62,036 bases of DNA, from positions 1-62,036 of the IMG/VR virus record IMGVR_UViG_3300042889_000724; one strand, 5' to 3'. The notes under the pieces were generated by a model. The model was not told the origin of the DNA. It was given only the letters and a program-made list of their open reading frames with translations, and ran no database searches. Within the stretch, counting starts at the first letter, position 1. Every line of letters begins with the position of its first letter. The stretch comes from a virus. Taxonomy: Duplodnaviria > Caudoviricetes. The translations under genes were made by a program, and so were the position numbers. Positions 17,026 through 25,937 of this stretch are shown one piece after another.

Positions 17026-19293
17026 TTATGCCACTGCTCTTCTTTCCTGGAAGCGTAACCATGTAGGATCATTAGATCTCACGTTTCCTACACCTCCTGG
17101 GAAAGTTATTTGCGGAGGTGCTTGACCACCACCTCCACCTTGGTTGATTACAGTTGGTGGCGGAACATTAATTTGCATTTTATCTTTGGTCGCTGCAGTT
17201 CCTTGTTCAATTAAAGCACCGTCCATATTCTTACCAGTTTCAGTTTTTGATTTACTTGGAGACAGTTTGTCATATGCTGCTCCCGCAAGCATACCTACTG
17301 GACCAAGGGCAGCACCAGCAATCGCACCTTTATTTTTTGAGAAGAAACTACCAGTATCTTTTTTCGCTCCTGGTTCTACACTGCCAACTTTTGGTTTTTT
17401 CTGTGTTCCAGCATACTCACCTGCTGCCATTTTATCTTCAGTACTGTCAACCATACCAAATGTCAATCCGCTAAGAACGTTTCTTCCAGCGTTTTTAAAT
17501 TTCTGACCAGTAGTTGCATTTGGATCAGCATTGAATCCTTTATATCCATCATATGCTGCCATACCTGCTGCAAGTGGAAGCGCAAGTTTTCCTGCAACTC
17601 TACCTGCGAATCCAAGACCCTTTACTAATCCTGGTGATGCTTTGCTGAGAATGCTACCTGCTTTAGAACCTAAACTAGAAGCACCACTAGCAATCTTACC
17701 CAAGAATCCAGTTGACTTAGTTGCTGCAGCTGCAGTACCCGCAGTACCAGCAGTTCCTACTCCAGCAGCACCAGCGGCACCTGCAGTTCCTACTCCAGCA
17801 GCACCTGCAGTTCCTACTCCAGCAGCACCAGCAGTTCCTACTCCAGCAGCACCAGCAGTTCCTAAACCAGCAGCACCAGCAGTTCCTGCTGCTCCCAATC
17901 CAAGCATTCCGAGAGTTCTAGCACCGCCACTGAGAACAGCACTACCAAGTGTTCTAGCACCACCCGCTAAACCACGAGCAAGTCCTCCTACTCTGCCTCT
18001 GATGCCACGACTGGCCATACGTGCGCGAGCACGCATTCTACCCCTAGATCTTTTTCTGTCGGGTAAATCGATGTCCATACCACCACCGTCGTCACCACCG
18101 CCACCACCGCTTTGACTTTCAGATGACATCTTCTTCATCAGTTCTAGTATCTCTTTCAATACATCGACTGTCTCGGTTGTCTTTTCTTGGATAATATTGG
18201 AATTTTCTTGTATTAAAACATTAGAATCAGCAGTTTTTTGTAATGCTTCAATTGTTGCATCTTTAGAGATACCTGCAGTATCTTCTTGTTGTTCGCTTGA
18301 TGCTGCTAAGGTCTTATTGATTTCATCTTTGCTGACTGGTTTACCGTCTTTTCTGTATGATATATCTTTTTCGGAAGCAGGAGCAATTCCTTGTTCTTCT
18401 AGAGATTTAATTTGATCTTCTGTTAAATCAGTCAATTTGTCAATAGGTTGAAACTTCTGTTTTTCCTTGGGTTCCTTGGATTGAACCTTCTCTTTTTCCT
18501 CTTTAAAGAATTCTTGGATGGCCTTCTTAAATGAGTCATTCGCAGATGTAGATTGTTTCTCGTTCGCCTCAGAATCTATTCTGTTCATCAAGCGTTCACG
18601 TTTCTGCTCGTCCGAAGTGAACACGTTATCAGCGAAACTACCTTCTGGCGCTTCTCTTCCTACGGCGATATTAAATCCACGTTTGAGAGTTCCGCCAATA
18701 CTAGAACCAAATCCTTTGGCGAGTTTCCCGATGCCTTGTCTATTTTTTTCTATGGGTTCTTCTTCGGTGTTCATACCAACTGAACGACCAAGACGATTTA
18801 AAAATGTATCTTTTTCACCAGTTAAAGTATACCCAGATGCCTTTACTACTTCCTCACGAGATTTTTCTTCCATATCTTTGCCGAGTTTTTGCAAGATTGG
18901 ATTATCAGAGTTTTGTAGATCCTTTGAGATACCAACAATCTTACCGATTGCCTTCTCAAACTCTTTCATGTTTTTAGTTTGTAACTTGGTGATCTCATCG
19001 ATCATTGTTTTGATCAATTCTTTTTGATCATCATTTGTATCTTCGCGCATTTCTATTGCTGAAGACTCAAAGGTCTTCATGAAAGTCGAGATCATAGATT
19101 GTGTAGCAGTAGGATTTGCCTCTGCCATCGAACCTGGATTTACTGCAGCAGCAATCTTAGAAAGTTGACTTTCTTTACCAATACCTTTTTGTTGTGTAGA
19201 TCCGGACTGAGCAATGGTGCGACCTTGCCCGACTCCTGGACCAGCAGTTCCTTTATCATCTATTGGTCCAGTTTTTTCGTCTAATTCGTTCAT
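17026..19293 (-). CDS. Putative tape measure / baseplate hub protein (gp29-like)
   Basis: 755 aa, helical and charged, then Gly/Ala-rich; lies downstream of gp26-gp51 with TAATG coupling. Call rests on position and composition. Confidence 0.6.
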   Translation of the reverse strand: MNELDEKTGPIDDKGTAGPGVGQGRTIAQSGSTQQKGIGKESQLSKIAAAVNPGSMAEANPTATQSMISTFMKTFESSAIEMREDTNDDQKELIKTMIDEITKLQTKNMKEFEKAIGKIVGISKDLQNSDNPILQKLGKDMEEKSREEVVKASGYTLTGEKDTFLNRLGRSVGMNTEEEPIEKNRQGIGKLAKGFGSSIGGTLKRGFNIAVGREAPEGSFADNVFTSDEQKRERLMNRIDSEANEKQSTSANDSFKKAIQEFFKEEKEKVQSKEPKEKQKFQPIDKLTDLTEDQIKSLEEQGIAPASEKDISYRKDGKPVSKDEINKTLAASSEQQEDTAGISKDATIEALQKTADSNVLIQENSNIIQEKTTETVDVLKEILELMKKMSSESQSGGGGGDDGGGMDIDLPDRKRSRGRMRARARMASRGIRGRVGGLARGLAGGARTLGSAVLSGGARTLGMLGLGAAGTAGAAGLGTAGAAGVGTAGAAGVGTAGAAGVGTAGAAGAAGVGTAGTAGTAAAATKSTGFLGKIASGASSLGSKAGSILSKASPGLVKGLGFAGRVAGKLALPLAAGMAAYDGYKGFNADPNATTGQKFKNAGRNVLSGLTFGMVDSTEDKMAAGEYAGTQKKPKVGSVEPGAKKDTGSFFSKNKGAIAGAALGPVGMLAGAAYDKLSPSKSKTETGKNMDGALIEQGTAATKDKMQINVPPPTVINQGGGGGQAPPQITFPGGVGNVRSNDPTWLRFQERRAVA
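17745..17890 (-). repeat. In-frame tandem 24-bp repeats encoding GTAGAAG(V/L)
   Basis: About 5-6 copies of ccagcagcacc(a/t)gcagttcct on the + strand. Confidence 0.85.
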
Positions 19294-19439
19294 TAGTCCT
19301 GATTCTCTGCTTTCTTTTTAAGATGCGCCATCAGCATCCCTATGTAAACTTCCCTCTCCCAAGGCATCATATTCTCTAATTCAGTCAAACTATATTTATG
19401 TTCATGCATTAAAATAAAGTTGATTTTGTAGAAATTCAT
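19293..19439 (-). CDS. 51: Baseplate hub assembly protein gp51-like (48 aa; possibly made as a gp26 frameshift fusion)
   Basis: Not in ORF track. MNFYKINFILMHEHKYSLTELENMMPWEREVYIGML... matches the gp51-like motif of marine and freshwater T4-like phages. Confidence 0.8.
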   Translation of the reverse strand: MNFYKINFILMHEHKYSLTELENMMPWEREVYIGMLMAHLKKKAENQD

Positions 19440-19459
19440 CAAATTATCATGAGAAAGGG

Positions 19460-20146
19460 TTATCCGAAAAAATTTTCAACACCATCCACGACTACAGTAT
19501 TTTCTGTTCCACATTTCGGGCATGTGTAATCAATATTGTGGAAAATCTTCGGCGCAGTGACAAAGAATTCTACAATTTTCTCAAACTGTTCATTTGTCAA
19601 TCCTTCAATAAAGGTAGCAATTTCTTCAGTCGTTTGGTCTTTCGCGTCATGAATTTCATCTTGTGTGAAAACTTTATCAATGCAGGACACAACTAAATCA
19701 AACACAGGTAAGTCGTCATCTACCAGAACTTCTGCGGTAGGATACTTCATAATGACACCAACATCAGGTGTGATCATAATTTTATTCTTGTGCTCGGGAG
19801 TTATTTGCAATTCAATGTTGTCTAAATCTAAGATGGTTGGAGTCTTGTGTCCACATTCACCACAAATTAAATTAAACTCTGACTCTTTACCAATAGACTG
19901 TGAGCGCAATTTAATAAAGATGTTCTGTATGTCAAAGAACGGTAGTTTCTCTGAGTCAATCTTACCATCAGAGCACGAGTTAATGACTTGCTGCATTGCT
20001 CGAATCATATCTGCTCGTTGATTTGATTCTGCTGCTAGAATTAAAATCTTTTCCTCTTTCACAAGGAATGGTCTCATTGATACCTTTTGTTTTGTTGAAT
20101 ATACTTCAACGTCAAATGTCGGTACTGATATTGTAGGTAGCGCCAT
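19460..20146 (-). CDS. 26: Baseplate hub assembly protein gp26
   Basis: MALP..RPFLVKEEKIL, FDI..IFIKLRSQSIG, CGEC and CPKC, ends NFFG. Confidence 0.85.
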   Translation of the reverse strand: MALPTISVPTFDVEVYSTKQKVSMRPFLVKEEKILILAAESNQRADMIRAMQQVINSCSDGKIDSEKLPFFDIQNIFIKLRSQSIGKESEFNLICGECGHKTPTILDLDNIELQITPEHKNKIMITPDVGVIMKYPTAEVLVDDDLPVFDLVVSCIDKVFTQDEIHDAKDQTTEEIATFIEGLTNEQFEKIVEFFVTAPKIFHNIDYTCPKCGTENTVVVDGVENFFG

Positions 20147-20162
20147 AATTTACTCCAATTAT

Positions 20163-20834
20163 TTAAGTGTCTTCAAATTGTGGGATGTCATTTTCAACAT
20201 CATTTATTAACTGATCAGCGTTAGCGTCGATATTATCATCGCCGATGATATCATCGTTGATGTAGTCAGATTCTGATTCTGAATCTGCGTTACCATCTAC
20301 GCCAATGGATATCCATTTTGTATATGCAAACGTTACTGGCATTCGCAAAACTTCAGAATTGGTTGCAGAAATAGAAATAGGTGCCATCGAACGAGGAAAT
20401 GCCTCTTGTATTCTCCATTCAGCAATGACTTCATCTTTATTATTTAATGAGACAAGTTCTATTTCTGCAAGATAATCATAAGGATAGCTAACATATCTGG
20501 TGACAGGATTAATGATTGATGTCATCCAATCTTCAAAAAAACGTTTTGCTGCCCATGTTGTGTCAACTAGAAAGGTGAATGTTATGGCATCACCGCCAAA
20601 ATCAATTACGTTTGCACGTTGCTCGTTTAAATTGTTTATTCTGAACGGTCTTGTTCCAACAAGAATTCCTGGGAACAATCCATCTTCAACCATTAATGAG
20701 ATTTCTTTTGTATCACCACCTACACCAAGAACTCCAGGAGTCGAAAACCTTACTTCGAATCTACTAGACCTTGCGAAGTCAGTCTCACGAACACGTGCGA
20801 CAAAATCGGTAATATTATGACCTGCTGTTGCCAT
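20163..20834 (-). CDS. 54: Baseplate-tail tube initiator, gp54/gp19 fold
   Basis: ARSSRFEV, FEDW...I, EAFP.S, VTFAY..W; synteny. Confidence 0.65.
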   Translation of the reverse strand: MATAGHNITDFVARVRETDFARSSRFEVRFSTPGVLGVGGDTKEISLMVEDGLFPGILVGTRPFRINNLNEQRANVIDFGGDAITFTFLVDTTWAAKRFFEDWMTSIINPVTRYVSYPYDYLAEIELVSLNNKDEVIAEWRIQEAFPRSMAPISISATNSEVLRMPVTFAYTKWISIGVDGNADSESESDYINDDIIGDDNIDANADQLINDVENDIPQFEDT

Positions 20835-21406
20835 TAGAATTTGCTCCTAGAATCTCTGAATACCTGTTCCTTTGTGGCACCCACAAAGTTTTCAATCGGT
20901 AAGAATATTGCTGCTTGCCAGTCTTCAGGGTTGACCTTTAAGAATTGCGAATTAACATGATTAGTCAGATAATGTTTGATACATGGTTTGACTTCATTCG
21001 CATTCTTCAAATTATTTAACAGATTGTATGACATGCGTAACTTGGTTGTTTCAGAATATGTCTTGGTTGTTTTGTAATCTAACAACTCGCCGAGAACTTG
21101 TGCTCGCAGCAGATAAGGCAGGTAATGTAAATTGATTCCATAAAATCCACCTTTTGCTGGACCAAATGGTAGTACCAGCGGAAAGGTATCGTAGAAAGGA
21201 AGTTCTTCCTTTAACTTTGGATCGTAGAAATACAAATACATCGAACCGATCTCGATATTAGTTTTTAATTCACCGATATCTGATTTCATTACGCTGCTCT
21301 GAGACAACCTCGCGCCCACGAGATTTTTCACATTTCGCATGTACCAATCCATGGACTTTTGTCCATCACCTGCTCGGGCGCGAAGTCTCTGAAACGGATT
21401 TGCCAA
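20834..21406 (-). CDS. 2: DNA end protector gp2
   Basis: YFYDPK.K..LPFYDTFPLV, GINLHYLP, KPCIKHYL, W..AIFLP.E.F. Confidence 0.9.
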   Translation of the reverse strand: MANPFQRLRARAGDGQKSMDWYMRNVKNLVGARLSQSSVMKSDIGELKTNIEIGSMYLYFYDPKLKEELPFYDTFPLVLPFGPAKGGFYGINLHYLPYLLRAQVLGELLDYKTTKTYSETTKLRMSYNLLNNLKNANEVKPCIKHYLTNHVNSQFLKVNPEDWQAAIFLPIENFVGATKEQVFRDSRSKF

Positions 21407-21562
21407 TTACCTACCTTGTCCTCTGTATGCTTTATAGTTCGCACGTTTACGTTTATTCATGGTTGAAAACTTTATCGAAGAGGCACTACCACCGATTGAT
21501 GTCTTGCCTTTTTTCTGATTAGTAAAGGAAATCTTATTGTTTCCGCCACTTGCCTTTGCCAT
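21407..21562 (-). CDS. 51-aa basic protein ending YRGQGR
   Basis: Not in ORF track. AAGGAGA RBS; fills the gap between gp4 and gp2 exactly; Lys/Arg-rich. Confidence 0.75.
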   Translation of the reverse strand: MAKASGGNNKISFTNQKKGKTSIGGSASSIKFSTMNKRKRANYKAYRGQGR

Positions 21563-21576
21563 AGATATTCTCCTTC

Positions 21577-22035
21577 TTATTTATTACGGATTCCCAACTC
21601 TTTTTCAGTTAAGATGATAAATTTCCATCCTCTATCTTCACAAAATTCAGTAGCAAATTTCCACTTTGCTTGGTTTACACCCCATTGCATAACTTCCTGT
21701 AGAAACTTTTTTGTTTTTCTAGCAGGTACTTTGGGTTCTTTAGTAAACTTCTGCGGTTTTACCTCAACCAGATACTTCTTCGTAACACCACTTTTTTCTT
21801 GAACCTTGATATAAAAATCCACGAAATATCTATGTACTCGATTATCTAAAGGAGAGATATACGGTATGGGTAACTCTTCAGATCCCCATTCCAATATGTT
21901 GTCGTTATTATCGCACCACTTCATGAACTTTAGTTCCCAACTGGAGCGATAAACAATATTGTTTGGATTCCCAATGTATTTCTTTGGATCCTGTATTTTA
22001 TACAGACCTTTCAAAGATTCCTTACCATAACTCAT
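21577..22035 (-). CDS. 4: Head completion nuclease gp4
   Basis: PKKY.G....IVYRSSWE, W.SEE..IPY.SP.D...HRYFVDF, EVKP, VNQAKW. Confidence 0.92.
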   Translation of the reverse strand: MSYGKESLKGLYKIQDPKKYIGNPNNIVYRSSWELKFMKWCDNNDNILEWGSEELPIPYISPLDNRVHRYFVDFYIKVQEKSGVTKKYLVEVKPQKFTKEPKVPARKTKKFLQEVMQWGVNQAKWKFATEFCEDRGWKFIILTEKELGIRNK

Positions 22036-22074
22036 ATAAATATTCCAAACTCTATACTTAATAGGATATTTATT
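22035..22074. promoter_or_regulatory. Divergent late promoters between gp4 and gp48
   Basis: TATAAATA on + (22035-22042) and AATAAATA on - (22067-22074). Confidence 0.6.
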
Positions 22075-22078
22075 CTAG

Positions 22079-23338
22079 ATGGCATTAACTCCTGCACCTG
22101 CCGCACCTACGCAAACTCCTGCTCCAGGAACAACTGCACCTGCTGCGCCCACAAAGGCACCTGAACCCAAAAAAGAAAGTAGGTTCAGCAGAGGAACTGC
22201 GCCTGTTAATTTTTTAGAAACACCGCTGGATAAAGACGGGCAACGACGTTATCCAATGGATGTCGGAAACTCTGCAGAGTATCCGCATTATGTTGTTTTC
22301 TATCCTCTCGTGCGCGAAGGAACGAAACGAGGCAAGGAATTATTGTCAAATGGTGGTGGTAGAATTTTTGATCAGACAGATCAGAACAGAGTCGATCCAG
22401 AAAATGGTAAAATTGCAACGGGTGCAGCAGGAGCGTTAGTTGGTGCCCCAATAGGTGCTGCTGTTGGTGCGGGTAATGCCGCATCCCTTGGTGACTCACT
22501 CCTCAAGAACGGTGGTACTGCTGTAAACAAAAATCCTAACGCTACAGGTGGTCCAGTATCAATTGGTGTAAAAATGGCGGCAGGACTCGTCGGAGGAATT
22601 TTAGGTGCTGGTGCTGGTGCTGCAGCAGGTGTTGCTGCCAGCGCGATCGCAGGAGAACAACGCCTAGTAATTGGTAGCGACGAGATAGTTCTATATATTC
22701 CAGATAAACTGTCAACAGGATATAATGCCAACTATGAAACCGCAGATCTTGGTGCGCTTATTGGCGGTCTCGCTTCAGGTAAAACATCAGTGGGCGGATT
22801 ATTTACTGAAGGAACGGAAACTGCTGACTATCTTATAAGAAAAGCAGGTCGTGTCGCCAATATCGCTGGTTTCGATCAGTTTACTAATGTACTACAGGCA
22901 ACTTCCAAGAGAGTAGAAAACCCATACAAAGAACAATTATTTAGATCTATGGGATTTAGAAAGTTCTCATTTGACTACAGATTTGCACCAAGAACTCCTG
23001 CTGAAGCAGAGATGGTTTTTGGACGCCCAACAGGAACGAATGGTGAACCACATTCTGGTATACTTGAGTTGTTCACTTCACACATGCATCCAACAATGAG
23101 TCCTAATGGATTGTTTCAAACATATCCGTCAGAGTTTATGATAATCTATTATCATAATGGTGCTGAGAATACTTATGTAAGAAAAATATCGAACTGTGTG
23201 TTGACAGATATGACTATTGATTATGGCGCAGAAGGTTTTACCACATTCGAAAACGGATGTCCAACTGAAGCATTTATTAGATTACAATTCTCTGAATTGG
23301 AAACTTTGACTACAGATAGAATTGAGAAGGGTTACTAA
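22079..23338 (+). CDS. 48: Baseplate tail-tube cap gp48
   Basis: RYP.D, LYIP, NPYKEQLF..MGFRKFSFDYRFAP, YPSEF.I, CVLT.M..DY, LQFSELETLT; divergent from gp4. Confidence 0.85.
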   Translation: MALTPAPAAPTQTPAPGTTAPAAPTKAPEPKKESRFSRGTAPVNFLETPLDKDGQRRYPMDVGNSAEYPHYVVFYPLVREGTKRGKELLSNGGGRIFDQTDQNRVDPENGKIATGAAGALVGAPIGAAVGAGNAASLGDSLLKNGGTAVNKNPNATGGPVSIGVKMAAGLVGGILGAGAGAAAGVAASAIAGEQRLVIGSDEIVLYIPDKLSTGYNANYETADLGALIGGLASGKTSVGGLFTEGTETADYLIRKAGRVANIAGFDQFTNVLQATSKRVENPYKEQLFRSMGFRKFSFDYRFAPRTPAEAEMVFGRPTGTNGEPHSGILELFTSHMHPTMSPNGLFQTYPSEFMIIYYHNGAENTYVRKISNCVLTDMTIDYGAEGFTTFENGCPTEAFIRLQFSELETLTTDRIEKGY

Positions 23339-23339
23339 T

Positions 23340-23852
23340 ATGCTGTTTTCTATGTTCCCGCGATTGTTAGTCAATACGATTACACCCAATACCGCGACAC
23401 TTGTAACTGATATATTTCGCAGAATCTCGCTAAATAAATTTAAGAGTAATGTTGTTTTATTGCAGACAATCACTGTTCCAGATGGTTATACAATCGAGCA
23501 AGTTTCCGATAAGTTTTATGGCAACCCAGACTATCATTGGGTGATCATGACAATAAATGAAATCGTTGATGCGCGAAGAGAATGGCCAATGGGTAATTCG
23601 GATTTACTTGCATATTGTAAAAAGAAATATGGTGAAACAGGAATTTACTTACCGCACCATTATAGAACATCTGATGCATTTAAAATAATCGTGGATTATA
23701 ATTCAACTGATATTGCGGATGGTACTGCAGTTGTTGTTTCCAATTACGAATATGAAGAAGAACTAAATAATAGTAAACGAGAAATAAAGATGTTGGAACC
23801 AAAATATTTGGCGGAATTTGTTTCTTTATACTCGAATTTGATTAGTAGGTAA
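23340..23852 (+). CDS. 53: Baseplate wedge protein gp53
   Basis: FS.FP, DIFRR, FYGNPDYHWVI...N, EWP, HHY, SNYEYEEELN..KREI. Start chosen at the ATG just after the gp48 stop. Confidence 0.85.
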   Translation: MLFSMFPRLLVNTITPNTATLVTDIFRRISLNKFKSNVVLLQTITVPDGYTIEQVSDKFYGNPDYHWVIMTINEIVDARREWPMGNSDLLAYCKKKYGETGIYLPHHYRTSDAFKIIVDYNSTDIADGTAVVVSNYEYEEELNNSKREIKMLEPKYLAEFVSLYSNLISR

Positions 23853-23858
23853 TTAATA

Positions 23859-25934
23859 ATGGCAGAACCCGCAACAGGGCAAGAAAAATCTAAACCTTCG
23901 CCAGCAATCAGTGACTCGATGACAAAACCAGGAGATGTAATTATTTCATCTCTGACTCTAAATGTCATATCATCAGAAGAACCATTAGATCTTAAACCAT
24001 TCATGATGGAAATAAATCTGTATGAAGATATTTTTTCCCCCGCACTACATGGTTCAGTAATCATTCGTGATTCGTTAAATCTTATTGGGAGATTACCAAT
24101 CATTGGCGATGAGGTTCTTACCATGGACATTCAAACACCATGGAAAGAGTTGGGCGGTTATACCAAAAGTGATCTAGGAACATTCGATCCTATCAACAAA
24201 ATCCAAAAGTCATTTTCAGTTTATGCAGTCAAGAATCGCAAACTAAACAATGACAGAGAGCAATATTATGAATTGTTATTTTGCTCTATAGAAGCATCTT
24301 CTGATAATGTTGTAAAAATATGTAAAAAATTCGAAGGTCCAACCGACGAAATTGTTGCTGAAATTTTTAAAGAAAACATAAAAGCAGAACGGTTTTTTAA
24401 TCGTAAAAGTCAAGTTAGCACAGGAACAGACAATCCTGCAACGCCTGAAACGGGCAGCGAATCATCATATGATATCACAGATGAAACGGCATATACCGAA
24501 CTGTATATCGCCGACTCTCCGCACCAATCAGAAATAACGTTCGTGTCGCCGATGTGGTCGCCGTTTCAGTGCATAAATTGGTTGGCGAAACGATCTATTG
24601 GAAACTTGAATAAATCTCCAACTTTTATGTTTTATGAAACAACCAAAGCATTTTATTTTGCCTCAATCGAGGGTCTTGTTAAAAATCAGTTAGAAAACGG
24701 AGACATATATTCAGCCTTCGTTTATAATACCAATTTAACCAATCTACAAACGGTTTCTTCATTGGTCAAGGGTTTCCAGACCATAGAAGCACTGCAATTT
24801 ATCACTAATTTGGATGTCATTCAGAGTCAAGATTTAGGTCACTTTGCCAGCACTGTTCATTCATTCAACATGGTGAAGAAAGAATATACGGCATACTATT
24901 ATGATCATGGGTTCAACTATAAACAATATAATCACATGGAAGATGGAAATTTAGATCCATCTTCAGGGGCATATACATTCCCTGACATTGATATAAATGA
25001 TCCTAGCAAAACTGACAAAAAATACAAAATGATTTTCCCGATTAATGTGATGCGGTCATCTGACACTAAACCGTTTGTTTCCACTGTAAATCCTGGTGTG
25101 CTGGATTCAACTGAAGATTCTATTGATCTACATCCAGAAGAATTTGTGTCACAGAGAAATAGTTCGTTGATGGACTTAACCACATTAAGGTTGCAGATAA
25201 CAGTTCCTGGAAGAACGGATGCTGAAGTCGGTAGAATGATCAACCTGTATTACCCGTCCGTCGGGGAGAAAACTAAAGAGGATTCTGAAGCATTGATATG
25301 GGACAAATTTGTAACAGGTATCTACATGATAACTGCGATACACCATCAAATATCTCCTTTGCGCCATACTATGTTTTTGGAAATTTCCAAAGATTCTTAT
25401 GCGCAAGAAATTTATGAAGTTGAAGAACTTGGTGGGTCGGATGATACTAGTACTCCAGCTTCTGATTCTGCACCAACCACAACAGATCCTGCTACACCAG
25501 CAGCATCGCCGACGAAACCAGTTGGTAAAGGTTCGTTTATCGGCGATAGTATTGCACAGGGTCTAGGAACTTCTGCCAAGGATGCAACAACAAATGCTAC
25601 GGTTGGTTGGAATACTGACAAAATTAAACAAAACTATGTTGCTAAAGGTGGTTCTGATTATACAGTCATATCAATGGGATCTAATGATAAAGGATTCCCG
25701 AATATTAAGACTGCCGAAAATGCAACTGCAGTAAGAGAATCCATTAAAGCACAATCTAAGAAAGTTATCTGGATTCTTCCATATGATAGTGCGATTGCAC
25801 AAAAGATTCAAGGTGTTGCATCTAAATATGGTGACAAAACGATCAAACTATCGGAATTCCCTTCGAATGACGGATTACATCCAAAAAGTTATGCGAAGGT
25901 TCTCGAACGTGTCAATAGTGAAATAGGAAGTTAA
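23859..25934 (+). CDS. Baseplate hub protein (gp27-like position) with C-terminal SGNH hydrolase domain
   Basis: Hub-type N-terminus (INLYEDIF..L.G...I.DS..L...LPIIGDE; VPG....G; G.YMITAI.H), a Pro/Thr linker, then FIGDSIA..SMGSND..DGLHP. Confidence 0.7.
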   Translation: MAEPATGQEKSKPSPAISDSMTKPGDVIISSLTLNVISSEEPLDLKPFMMEINLYEDIFSPALHGSVIIRDSLNLIGRLPIIGDEVLTMDIQTPWKELGGYTKSDLGTFDPINKIQKSFSVYAVKNRKLNNDREQYYELLFCSIEASSDNVVKICKKFEGPTDEIVAEIFKENIKAERFFNRKSQVSTGTDNPATPETGSESSYDITDETAYTELYIADSPHQSEITFVSPMWSPFQCINWLAKRSIGNLNKSPTFMFYETTKAFYFASIEGLVKNQLENGDIYSAFVYNTNLTNLQTVSSLVKGFQTIEALQFITNLDVIQSQDLGHFASTVHSFNMVKKEYTAYYYDHGFNYKQYNHMEDGNLDPSSGAYTFPDIDINDPSKTDKKYKMIFPINVMRSSDTKPFVSTVNPGVLDSTEDSIDLHPEEFVSQRNSSLMDLTTLRLQITVPGRTDAEVGRMINLYYPSVGEKTKEDSEALIWDKFVTGIYMITAIHHQISPLRHTMFLEISKDSYAQEIYEVEELGGSDDTSTPASDSAPTTTDPATPAASPTKPVGKGSFIGDSIAQGLGTSAKDATTNATVGWNTDKIKQNYVAKGGSDYTVISMGSNDKGFPNIKTAENATAVRESIKAQSKKVIWILPYDSAIAQKIQGVASKYGDKTIKLSEFPSNDGLHPKSYAKVLERVNSEIGS

Positions 25935-25937
25935 AAC

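Noticed and set aside
17144-19284. Long plus-strand ORFs such as 17531-18115 (Pro/Ala repeats)
   Set aside because: Antisense shadows of the Gly/Ala-rich tape-measure-like gene. The same applies to most short overlapping ORFs in the track, e.g. 57709-58269 and 46263-46778.
21577-22035. TnsA-like transposase or homing endonuclease
   Set aside because: Motifs and position match the core head-completion protein gp4; no terminal repeats.
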